A stretch of 64,000 nt of DNA from Spirochaetia bacterium. GTDB taxonomy: Bacteria > Spirochaetota > Spirochaetia > UBA9216. Below are positions 25,244 to 34,265 of this stretch, one piece after another. The translations under genes and the position numbers were made by a program. Under the pieces are notes generated by a model that was given only the letters and a program-made list of their open reading frames with translations, did not search any database and had not been told where the DNA came from. How positions within the stretch are numbered: the stretch's first letter is position 1; each line of letters starts with the position of its first letter. Where the stretch lies: contig OZ223272.1 of assembly GCA_965140585.1 (NCBI GenBank), positions 128,001-192,000 of the forward strand, in the 5' to 3' direction.

Positions 25244-28079
25244 TTTCGACTGTATACTCGCGGCCCAGAAAAACACTGGTTCCGTCGCTGGTGGCTGAAA
25301 TACGGTTTTCAACACTCCAATTAATCCCGGTTTCAGCAGTCCCGGCGGCAGCAGCATCTGTTCTTATGACTTCAGCCAGTTTTTCCTCCAGATAGTCACA
25401 AGCCTCGTCATAGTCATCAAACTGTTTCAGCTCGCCGGTTCCGTTCACAAGAAAGCCTCCTCCAGAGGCAGGGGAGACCGAAGCATCCCTGCGGACTGTA
25501 ACCATACTGCACACAGCTCCTACGGCGTTTGCGACATCCGCATCTTCGGGAATAACAAGATGGGAACCCAGCAGTTCTGACAAACCTTTTAAAAGCCATC
25601 CTGCCGCGGCACCTACACCAATCAGGTCGGTATTAAGGGACGGAGTCAGCGCGAGGGCTCTTGAGCCGCCTTTAAGCCTAGAGAGGAGGTTCCTGAATGT
25701 AGCGTTACCGGAGAGGTTTTCAGCCTCATCGCCGGGTATATCAAGTTCCTGAATTACAAGAGTACGCAGAAGGTTATCGGTTACAGATTTAAATACATCT
25801 GCAGTGAAAACCTCAGACTCGGTTCCCCATATTTCAGAATACAGCTCAAGCACCTGCTTCGATATTTCAGACGGCCATAAACTTACCTCACCGGAGGCAG
25901 TCAGCAGATCAGTCGGAGTCAGCCCGTAGCGCAGAATAACCGCCGAAGTCTCCAATCTTGCAGTATTAAGGATTTTCCACAACCCGTGGTTTATCCGGTG
26001 AGAAAGTTCCATTACCGAAAACGGACGTTCTGAAAGAATATCAATCATAGCGGTTTCTTCTTTTGTAAGTTCAAATTCCGGTTTTCTGCCGGTCAGGGCA
26101 AGGATTTCCATCGGTACAGTATTTACAAAGTAGTCGTACTGAAGACTGCTGATATATTCCACAGCATCCTCATGACCGGAAATTTCAAAAAGCCTCCCGA
26201 CAGGAGCAACGCGCCTTGGACCGGTTTTAAGTTCCCTGCTGTCGATGACAATACGACTGTCTCCGCCGGTACCAAGGGTAGCCATGTCTACTGCCTTGAT
26301 ATGCGTTTTCCACCTGCCAACTCTGGCGCCCTCTTCGGTCAGTCTTATCACGCCGTTTTTGATAAGTCCGATGTCAGAGGTTGTTCCGCCGACATCAATT
26401 ACAAGGGCGTCGGCACTTCCGGAGAGAAATCTTGCACCGGCAATACTTGCGGCAGGGCCTGAAAGCGTAGTTTCAATAGGGTGCTCAACCGCCCGTGCGC
26501 AGCTCATAAGCGAACCGTCGCCGCGGACTATCATTACCGAGCCTGATATCTGAAGCTCCGTCAGGGCTGCCTGCAGCTCCTTGATAAACTGTTCAAGAAG
26601 GGGAATAATTCCGGCGTTGAGAACCGCAGTATTTGCCCGCACAAAGAAATTAAGCGTGCTCGACAGTTCATGGCCGCAGCAGACGCCCAGCCCTGTTTCA
26701 TCCTCTATTATCTTCTTAATCTGCAGCTCATGGGCCGGGTTAACAGTGCTCCCGTAGCCGGAAACAGCAAAGGCACCGACCTGATCATTTTTAACAAGCT
26801 CAGAGGCAGCCGCCCTGATCTGCTGTGCATCAACTTTTTCAAGTTCATCACCCTGTATCGACAGCCTTCCCTTTACTTTTCTGTACGGAGAGTGTGAGAT
26901 CTGTTTTGCTGTAGCATCCCCCAGAGGCATAAGAAGCAGTCCTACTTTCTGGCCGGCATTTTCAACTATTGCGTTTGTAGCCAGAGTGGTTGAAACAACA
27001 GTTATTATTATCTGCGGCAGGAGTTCCGGCGGGAGCTTCTTAACCGCCTCAACGATTCCGAGGGTGTAGTTCCATCTTGTTGTAGGAGACTTTGCCCGGG
27101 CAATAACCTTACGGCTTTCGAAATCATATATGACAGCATCGGTATAGGTTCCGCCGGCGTCAATGCCGAGGCCTATCCCCTGGACTCTGGATTTAACACC
27201 ATCGACGGCATCGCCCGCACTGTACTCAGTGTCTCTGTTCTCAGTTCCGCTGTTCAAAGGTGCGCCTTTGCCAGGAACCGGACGGTCCCAGAGCTTTTTA
27301 CTGCCGCTGCCCGGGTCATAGGAATAGAGTCCGTATTTTAGCGGATCAAAGGCGGTGATGTGTCCAGGAGGAACTACAAGAATCTCATCATCGGTTGACT
27401 CGGTCTTCAGCATACGCAGAAAGAGATGGTCGCTGCCCTTTACCCTTTCAAACTTCCAGCCAAGTTCATCCGCAAGGTCTCTGGTATAATCCTCATATTC
27501 GCTGCTTTTCTCGGTTCCGGTCTCGATAAAAACCGACCGGGTGTAGTTCTTTTTCCATGAATTGAGAAATGAGTATATTTCCTCGGCATTATCCCTGCCG
27601 TATTTTCTCTTTATTGAATCAAATCCAGCGCTTATGTCCCAGTTGCCTTCAACAGGTCGGTCTCCGCGTTTTTTAACCGCCATGGGCTGGGTTTTATAAT
27701 CATACCAGCCCCGGGTCATATAAAAAGTTCCGGGATTCCCGGCAAACTGCTTACGGTATCTCTTATCTGAACCCAGAAACATGGCAATACAGTCATGAAC
27801 CCTCGGAATGATAAGCGGTATGCTGCCTGCAGTAATTCCGGTCGTTCCCCGGCCGCAGAGTCCGTAGCCTATGACAAGCGCATCATAATTACGGCCCTCA
27901 TTTTTCAGCTCTTCTGCACGGTCAATTGCCGCCTGAAGCTCAGAGTGCAGCACATGAGGCTGCTCATGCAATCCCGCTTCAAGGTATTCTTCATCTATCG
28001 TAACGCCTGCTCTTTCGGCTGCAGCCTTAAGCTCACTGTCCAGTACACTGCAGGCAATAATTCGTATATATCTTCCCAT
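25224..28079 (-). CDS. DUF1638 domain fused to hydantoinase/oxoprolinase-like ATP-dependent domain
   Basis: GLH..P, GYGLCG, HDCI..FLGS, GTFYMTRGW; then GIDAGGTYTDAV, STTLATNA, SGPAAS, DVGGTTSD. Confidence 0.8.
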   Translation of the reverse strand: MGRYIRIIACSVLDSELKAAAERAGVTIDEEYLEAGLHEQPHVLHSELQAAIDRAEELKNEGRNYDALVIGYGLCGRGTTGITAGSIPLIIPRVHDCIAMFLGSDKRYRKQFAGNPGTFYMTRGWYDYKTQPMAVKKRGDRPVEGNWDISAGFDSIKRKYGRDNAEEIYSFLNSWKKNYTRSVFIETGTEKSSEYEDYTRDLADELGWKFERVKGSDHLFLRMLKTESTDDEILVVPPGHITAFDPLKYGLYSYDPGSGSKKLWDRPVPGKGAPLNSGTENRDTEYSAGDAVDGVKSRVQGIGLGIDAGGTYTDAVIYDFESRKVIARAKSPTTRWNYTLGIVEAVKKLPPELLPQIIITVVSTTLATNAIVENAGQKVGLLLMPLGDATAKQISHSPYRKVKGRLSIQGDELEKVDAQQIRAAASELVKNDQVGAFAVSGYGSTVNPAHELQIKKIIEDETGLGVCCGHELSSTLNFFVRANTAVLNAGIIPLLEQFIKELQAALTELQISGSVMIVRGDGSLMSCARAVEHPIETTLSGPAASIAGARFLSGSADALVIDVGGTTSDIGLIKNGVIRLTEEGARVGRWKTHIKAVDMATLGTGGDSRIVIDSRELKTGPRRVAPVGRLFEISGHEDAVEYISSLQYDYFVNTVPMEILALTGRKPEFELTKEETAMIDILSERPFSVMELSHRINHGLWKILNTARLETSAVILRYGLTPTDLLTASGEVSLWPSEISKQVLELYSEIWGTESEVFTADVFKSVTDNLLRTLVIQELDIPGDEAENLSGNATFRNLLSRLKGGSRALALTPSLNTDLIGVGAAAGWLLKGLSELLGSHLVIPEDADVANAVGAVCSMVTVRRDASVSPASGGGFLVNGTGELKQFDDYDEACDYLEEKLAEVIRTDAAAAGTAETGINWSVENRISATSDGTSVFLGREYTVEITGLPV

Positions 28080-28121
28080 GAGAAAATTATAATACGAGCT
28101 TTGTCAATTGGATTGGATTAT

Positions 28122-29552
28122 TCAGTCAGTATCTTGTAAATTATTGTCCGTTGTTATAAGCGGGAATATCACCCTGAAATCTGAACCCTGCCCCGGAGTA
28201 CTGAAGACCTCTGCCCGGCCGTCGTGTGCGGTGACTATAGCGTTTACAAGGCTAAGGCCCAGACCGAGACCGTTCATGGAGGATTTCCCCCTGTACAGGC
28301 GTTCCCATATTCTCGAAACATCCTCTTCGGCAATTCCTTCACCGTCATCTTTAACTGAAATAACAGCTTCATCAGAAACAGCGGAGACCGACACCATAAC
28401 TTCACCGCCGGATTTTCCGTATTTTACCGCATTATCAAGCAGATTGCCCGTAACCTGCCTGAAACGATCCTGATCTGCTGTAATCTCTCCGTCCCAGCTG
28501 TCATCTGAAATTGTTATCCGCATCCCGCGATCCTCGGCCAGGATGGAATAGACATCACTTGCCTCGCGGATAACATCAAGAGGTGCAAATCGGCTGAGAT
28601 TAAGACGCAGGGTTCCGGTTTCCGCCTCGGATATATCCATCAGCATGCTCATCATCCGAAGCAGGGTGTCGGATTCTTCGACCGCTTTTTCAAGTGCTGT
28701 CTGAAGCATTTCCGGATCGGCGGAGTGTCCGCCCGATAAGCTTAAAGCCTGTTCCGCAATCATCCTGAACCTTGTGATCGGCGTCCGCAAATCATGGGCA
28801 ACGGTATCAAGAGCACCCTTCATCCCGTTCACAAGGTTTTCTATTCTTTCAAGCATCCGGTTGAATGACAGAGACAGTTCATTCAGCTCGCTGCCGTTTG
28901 TTTCGATTTCAATACGCCGCTGGATTTTTCCGGTCATGATGATATCGGCCACTGTCGATTCAAGCCGCCGAACCGGTTTGAGGTATCGATATGAAATGAG
29001 AAATCCTGCTGCAAAGCTTACAAAAATCAGCACCAGAAAGGCGGCGACAAAGCTTTTTGACAGCATCTCCATAATCCGTCGCCGGGTTTCATCGCTTATA
29101 CCGACCTGAAGGAAATATCCGTCGGAAAGCCTTATGGTGCCTGTCTCCAGGATATACTTGTGTGAAGGTGAGCGCAGAACCTTGAAACTTCCCGGATCGG
29201 GCGGATCGCTTTCCAGTGTACTGAAGTTGAAACTCTCCCAGCGCTGAGGAGTTTCAAGAAGATAGGTGCTGTTAAACTCATCAGATATACGCACAAAAAA
29301 AGGCGCTTCTCCGGGAAGTATAGTATTAACATCAACACTCTCTGCAAGAAGATCCAGACCGCCGGACCGCTCAATAGCCCAGTATCCAAGAAGCCGGACC
29401 TGTAGACTTGTGCGGTCCTCCTGACGGAGTGTTGTGTAGATATAAATGAAAACAAAAAGATAGAGAACTATAGCGGTCAGCCAGAAAACCGCACCGAAGA
29501 TAGCGGTTAATTTGAGATTGCCGCGGAGGCTTTTATTTATCGCGGAAAACAT
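28122..29552 (-). CDS. Sensor histidine kinase (2 TM, HAMP, HisKA, HATPase)
   Basis: AHDLRTP, NLLDNAVKY, DDGEGI, GLGLGL. Confidence 0.92.
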   Translation of the reverse strand: MFSAINKSLRGNLKLTAIFGAVFWLTAIVLYLFVFIYIYTTLRQEDRTSLQVRLLGYWAIERSGGLDLLAESVDVNTILPGEAPFFVRISDEFNSTYLLETPQRWESFNFSTLESDPPDPGSFKVLRSPSHKYILETGTIRLSDGYFLQVGISDETRRRIMEMLSKSFVAAFLVLIFVSFAAGFLISYRYLKPVRRLESTVADIIMTGKIQRRIEIETNGSELNELSLSFNRMLERIENLVNGMKGALDTVAHDLRTPITRFRMIAEQALSLSGGHSADPEMLQTALEKAVEESDTLLRMMSMLMDISEAETGTLRLNLSRFAPLDVIREASDVYSILAEDRGMRITISDDSWDGEITADQDRFRQVTGNLLDNAVKYGKSGGEVMVSVSAVSDEAVISVKDDGEGIAEEDVSRIWERLYRGKSSMNGLGLGLSLVNAIVTAHDGRAEVFSTPGQGSDFRVIFPLITTDNNLQDTD

Positions 29553-30207
29553 AACCTACGCCGCGAATTGTATGAATGAGTTTCTTTTCTGATTCCCGGT
29601 CAACCTTGCTTCGAAGCCTTGAAACAAGAACATCAACAACATTGGTCTGGGGATCAAAGTCATAGTTCCAGATGTGCTCCATAATCATGGTTTTTGACAG
29701 TACCACATCCTTGTTGCGCATGAAATATTCAAGAAGCGAAAATTCTTTCGGATTGAGATCAAGATGTTCCCCATCCCGGATAACCTCTCTGGTAACTATA
29801 TTCAGCGACAGACCCGATGATTCAAGCAGGGTGGCTTCCGGCTTAATAGCTGAGCGTCTAAGCAGCGCCTGAAGGCGGGCAAGAAGTTCTGAAAAGGAAA
29901 ACGGCTTTACCAGATAGTCATCGCCGCCCTTCTGAAGACCGAGAACCCTGTCATCAACGGAACGTTTGGCGCTTAAAACCATGATGGGCAGATGATTTCC
30001 CGTACCGCGGAGCTGCTCGATGACAGAAATTCCGTCGATCCCCGGAAGCATGATATCAATTACAGCTGCATCAAACTCGCTGTTCTGCAGCATTGACAGG
30101 CCTTCCTCTCCGGTAAGCGAATGCTCAACTGTGTATCCGGCTTCCTTCAGTCCTTTTTTCAGGAAATCGGCTATAGTTTGGTCGTCTTCAATGATCATTA
30201 TACGCAT
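29533..30207 (-). CDS. OmpR/CusR-type response regulator
   Basis: IIEDD, DIMLP, GGDDYLVKPF, FDPQTNVVDV, TIRGVGY. Confidence 0.95.
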   Translation of the reverse strand: MRIMIIEDDQTIADFLKKGLKEAGYTVEHSLTGEEGLSMLQNSEFDAAVIDIMLPGIDGISVIEQLRGTGNHLPIMVLSAKRSVDDRVLGLQKGGDDYLVKPFSFSELLARLQALLRRSAIKPEATLLESSGLSLNIVTREVIRDGEHLDLNPKEFSLLEYFMRNKDVVLSKTMIMEHIWNYDFDPQTNVVDVLVSRLRSKVDRESEKKLIHTIRGVGYVFRDK

Positions 30208-30272
30208 GAACTAAAGATATCATGAGAATCCTATTCTTTAAATATGACAATTAAACGAATATAGTTTATATT

Positions 30273-31385
30273 ATGATAATGCAGATAGTAGATTTGGCTC
30301 TGGATTTGGTTCTGACCCTTATTCCTTTTCTCATATGGTATTACAGGGGTCAGAGCAGGGATTTTTTCCCTTCGATGGAGGATGCGCCTCCTGAAAACAT
30401 ACTGCCTTCGGAAATAGGCTACCTCCTTACAGGTAAAACCTCGGACATGGAAATAGCAGTAATAATTCTGAACTGGGCGGAAAACGGTTACATCCGCATT
30501 CACAGCGGAGTTGATTTTCACATTCAGAAACTTAAAGACCTCCCCTACAATGCCCGGCAGTATGAAATTTATCTTTTTGACAACCTTTTCAACCGCTACG
30601 GCGACGGAGAGATTTTCAGAAGAGTTAACATCATCTCGGCAATCTACGGGCGGATACGCAGGACAAGGGGAAAGCTTGTCAAACATTTCACATCAAACCC
30701 CGAGTTCAGACTTTACTCTGCCGACAGTGCTAAAAACATTGTCCTGGTCGGATTTTTTGCACTTCTGCCGGTTGCAAAGCTGCTTATCATCGAGATGGTT
30801 CTGCTGCGCAATACATTCAGATTCGGCCCCGGAATAACAATATCCATAAGCGCCTTCATCCTTGTTGCGCTTTATTTTATCAGTTTTCTGCTTGCAAGAC
30901 CCAAACAGCTGCGTACAGATAAAGCCTGGCTTTTTATCATGTTTGCACTGATACTCAGTACAGGTCTTGCGATACTTCTAACTGCCTTCATGATCATCGG
31001 AGGCGGCACAAGCGGTTTCAGATATGTATTTTCTGTAATAACAGCGTTTATCATCACCATTGTAATGAACATGATGACCAGGATGACATCATACGGAGAG
31101 CAGCAGTACGAACATGCCCTGGGTTTCAGAAACTATATCCTGAACGCCAACGATGATGCGCTTAAGCAGTCATCTGAAAAAGACAGCAGTCTTTTCTTCA
31201 GGTTGATGCCCTACGCCGTTTCAATGAAAATTTCCAGGCAGTGGGCGAGACATTTTGATCCGATTGAACTGAAAGTACCGGACTGGATTGTGATACCCGG
31301 AAAAACATCGTTGACAGCAACTGATTTTGATCGTGAAATCATCAATCTGCTGCGCGGAATAAGAAAATCCTTCTTCAGGAAGTAA
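30273..31385 (+). CDS. DUF2207-like membrane protein (C-terminal part only)
   Basis: PP...PSEIGYL, WAENGYIRI, GFRNYI, LMPYA, PDW. Confidence 0.65.
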   Translation: MIMQIVDLALDLVLTLIPFLIWYYRGQSRDFFPSMEDAPPENILPSEIGYLLTGKTSDMEIAVIILNWAENGYIRIHSGVDFHIQKLKDLPYNARQYEIYLFDNLFNRYGDGEIFRRVNIISAIYGRIRRTRGKLVKHFTSNPEFRLYSADSAKNIVLVGFFALLPVAKLLIIEMVLLRNTFRFGPGITISISAFILVALYFISFLLARPKQLRTDKAWLFIMFALILSTGLAILLTAFMIIGGGTSGFRYVFSVITAFIITIVMNMMTRMTSYGEQQYEHALGFRNYILNANDDALKQSSEKDSSLFFRLMPYAVSMKISRQWARHFDPIELKVPDWIVIPGKTSLTATDFDREIINLLRGIRKSFFRK

Positions 31386-31386
31386 T

Positions 31387-34185
31387 ATGAAAAAGTTTAC
31401 AGCATTTCTTCTCATTTCGGCCGTAACAGTTTTATCTTTAGCGGCACAGACAAACCAGTTCCCCCCGGGAATGGACTGGAAAAAGATTGAAGCCGATAAT
31501 TTCACACTGATCTTTCCAGCTGATATGACTGATACGGCCATGGAAACAGCCCAATTATTCGACTACATATACGATACGGACGCTTACAGCCTCAAAACGA
31601 AACCCGGACGCTGGCAGGTTGTGCTGAACAATACCTACACGATAAGCAACGGCTATGTAGCATCCGCCCCCGAGCACTCAATGCTGTACAGTCTTCCGCC
31701 GCAGGGTTCAACACTCAGCGGAACATCAGACTGGCTTGAGTTTGTGTGGATTCATGAACTGCGGCATATTGTTCAGAATGAAAAACTCAACCGGGGGTTC
31801 ACAGCCTTTGCAGCCTTCCTCTTCGGGGAATACGGCTCAGCAGCCATGTCACATTTTGCAATACCCTCCTGGGTATGGGAGGGAGATGCCGTTATCACAG
31901 AAACCCTTCTCACGGACTCCGGACGTGGCAGGCTCCCAGGATTTGAACGCGGGCTGCGGACCCAGGTCTTAAGCGGCGAGGCTCCTGATTATTCACAGGC
32001 GATGCTTGGTTCATCGGGCAGCTACTTTCCAAATTATTATGTAAACGGCTACCATCTGGCCGCCTACATCCGTGATAAATACGGGATTGAAAAGTTCAAC
32101 CTTATTCTTGAAACTGCAGCCGATTTCTCCTTTGTACCGACAATTCTCAACCTGTCGGTAAAGAAATACACAGGAAAGAGTATAAACACGCTGTGGAAGG
32201 CCTGCCTTTCTGATCTTGAAGAAAAATGGACGAAGCAGAAATTTAATTATCAAAGATCACCGCTACAGGAAGTTTACAGGCCTGAGAAAGACAGCTATCA
32301 GAATATATATCCTGTTGGAACAGGCGAAACAGGTGAAGTTTACACCTACAACACTTCATACTCACGCCGGCCCTGGCTTGGCGTAATAGGGGCGGACGGC
32401 AAAAACACAAGGCTTAAAACAATAAATCCCGCCGACCGGAACATTTCATTTCAAAACGGAGTATTCTGCTGGAGCGAGGTGACCGGTGATCTGCGCTGGG
32501 GGAACCTGAGTTACGGTGAAATAAGGCGCTATGTACCTGCAACCGGTGAATACAGACTCATAACTGACAAAACAAGGTATTTCTCTCCTTCGCTTTCCCC
32601 GGATACCCAAAAAATTGCGGTTGTGGAAATACTTGAAGACTGCTCAGAAAACCTTGTGATTTTGGATTCTGACAGCGGAGAATTGATTAAAAAATACAGC
32701 CTTCCGGAAGGAAGCTCCAATTTCCAGACATGCTGGAGCACCGACGGAAGATCTGTTATCCTTTTAAGGCAGCAGGACTGGAGAAAATCCATAGTCCAGA
32801 TTTATGCAGAGACAGGAAAGTCCCGGATTCTGCTTAACGACGCTGATTATGACATCTCCGGCCCGGCAGCATCCAAAGATTACCTGTATTTTATTTCGAC
32901 TGCAGCCGGAATAGAGGAGGTGCATGCGGTAGACCTCGTTACCGGTGAGCTGTACAGGGCGGCAGGAAGCAGCTTCGGACTGTCAAATCCGGTTCCTGCG
33001 GCAAACGGGCTTATTGCGGCTGATTATACTCTCGGAGGCTATCGTCCGGTGATGCTTGATTCAGCAGAAATTGAACTTATACCCGCTTCCGGCATTGAGA
33101 ATCACCATGTCGATTACTTTACCGGGCTTGTAGAGCAGGAAAACGGGACAAAATATCCCGAAAATCTGGGTGAGGCAAAGGCTCAGAGCTCTGATTACAC
33201 TGTCAGCGATTACAGCCCCTTCCTTGGAGCCTTCAATTTTCACAGCCGCGGACTCGCTACTTCAACCTTCACAGGAGCGATCCTGGCCTACATGCAGGCC
33301 GATGATATCCTGGGGTATACATCGACTATGCTCGGCGCAGGTTATAACCCGGAATCAGCCGAACTTGCCGCATCATTATCAGGATGGTACGGCGGACTGT
33401 GGCCGGTTCTGGTCTACGGTATTGAAACCGGGACTCCGGCCTTATCACCGGGAAGTTATTTTAATACAACAGCCTATACAGGAGTAATGCTTCCCTTTAA
33501 TTTTTCCTCAGGAAATATACTGAGATCTCTTTATACGCAGACAACCCTGCTTGCAAATCTAAATGACAGTTACAGTCCCGACCTGCTGACAGTGCTTCAG
33601 AACAACCTGTCGCTTTCTGTCTATGAATATCAGGCAGTGAAAGATCTGATTCCACGGACAGGATTTACACTTGATGCAACATGGTATTTAAGCCTGGATC
33701 CGGCCTACTACAATTACATTTTCAGCAGGCTGGAAACCTATCTGCCTTCCATATTTGAAAATCACGGCATAATGGCAGGAATCGAAGCCGGTCTGAACCT
33801 CGATTCGGAGCGTTATAATTTAGCATCATGGACGGCGCCCAGAGCTATCACTGCATCAGATTACGGCTACACGGCAATGTATACAGCAACACTCGACTAT
33901 ATGTTCCCGCTGGCCTATCCTGATTTCTCACTGGGCAGCCTCTTCTATCTTCAGAGAATTTGGACTGATATTTTTCTTGATACAAGTTTCTGCTATAGCA
34001 GCATGACTCCAACTTCCTTCACTCCCGATGAACTGCTTCAGACAACGGGAATAGAGCTGTGGTTTGATTACAATATTCTGTTCACGGAAGTTGAACTTAG
34101 CTCAGGCATCAGATTTGCATACAACACGCAGAACGGGACATTCACCCTTCAGGACACCGTTCTGCTTTTGGGATTCAGCTGGTAG
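31387..34185 (+). CDS. Secreted protein: HExxH metalloprotease + beta-propeller + probable Omp85-like barrel
   Basis: Signal peptide, HELRH...WVWEGDAV, SPSLSPD propeller repeats, PRTGF, C-terminal Trp. Confidence 0.65.
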   Translation: MKKFTAFLLISAVTVLSLAAQTNQFPPGMDWKKIEADNFTLIFPADMTDTAMETAQLFDYIYDTDAYSLKTKPGRWQVVLNNTYTISNGYVASAPEHSMLYSLPPQGSTLSGTSDWLEFVWIHELRHIVQNEKLNRGFTAFAAFLFGEYGSAAMSHFAIPSWVWEGDAVITETLLTDSGRGRLPGFERGLRTQVLSGEAPDYSQAMLGSSGSYFPNYYVNGYHLAAYIRDKYGIEKFNLILETAADFSFVPTILNLSVKKYTGKSINTLWKACLSDLEEKWTKQKFNYQRSPLQEVYRPEKDSYQNIYPVGTGETGEVYTYNTSYSRRPWLGVIGADGKNTRLKTINPADRNISFQNGVFCWSEVTGDLRWGNLSYGEIRRYVPATGEYRLITDKTRYFSPSLSPDTQKIAVVEILEDCSENLVILDSDSGELIKKYSLPEGSSNFQTCWSTDGRSVILLRQQDWRKSIVQIYAETGKSRILLNDADYDISGPAASKDYLYFISTAAGIEEVHAVDLVTGELYRAAGSSFGLSNPVPAANGLIAADYTLGGYRPVMLDSAEIELIPASGIENHHVDYFTGLVEQENGTKYPENLGEAKAQSSDYTVSDYSPFLGAFNFHSRGLATSTFTGAILAYMQADDILGYTSTMLGAGYNPESAELAASLSGWYGGLWPVLVYGIETGTPALSPGSYFNTTAYTGVMLPFNFSSGNILRSLYTQTTLLANLNDSYSPDLLTVLQNNLSLSVYEYQAVKDLIPRTGFTLDATWYLSLDPAYYNYIFSRLETYLPSIFENHGIMAGIEAGLNLDSERYNLASWTAPRAITASDYGYTAMYTATLDYMFPLAYPDFSLGSLFYLQRIWTDIFLDTSFCYSSMTPTSFTPDELLQTTGIELWFDYNILFTEVELSSGIRFAYNTQNGTFTLQDTVLLLGFSW

Positions 34186-34194
34186 GAAGGATTG

Positions 34195-34247
34195 GAACTG
34201 CCTAAGCTTCCGCTATGAAAGAAGCTTAGGCGTTGACAGTTCTTTTT
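34195..34247. terminator. Terminator between convergent genes
   Basis: GCCTAAGCTTC-N10-GAAGCTTAGGC followed by a T-run. Confidence 0.65.
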
Positions 34248-34265
34248 AAAGGCTGCAGCAGCCCT

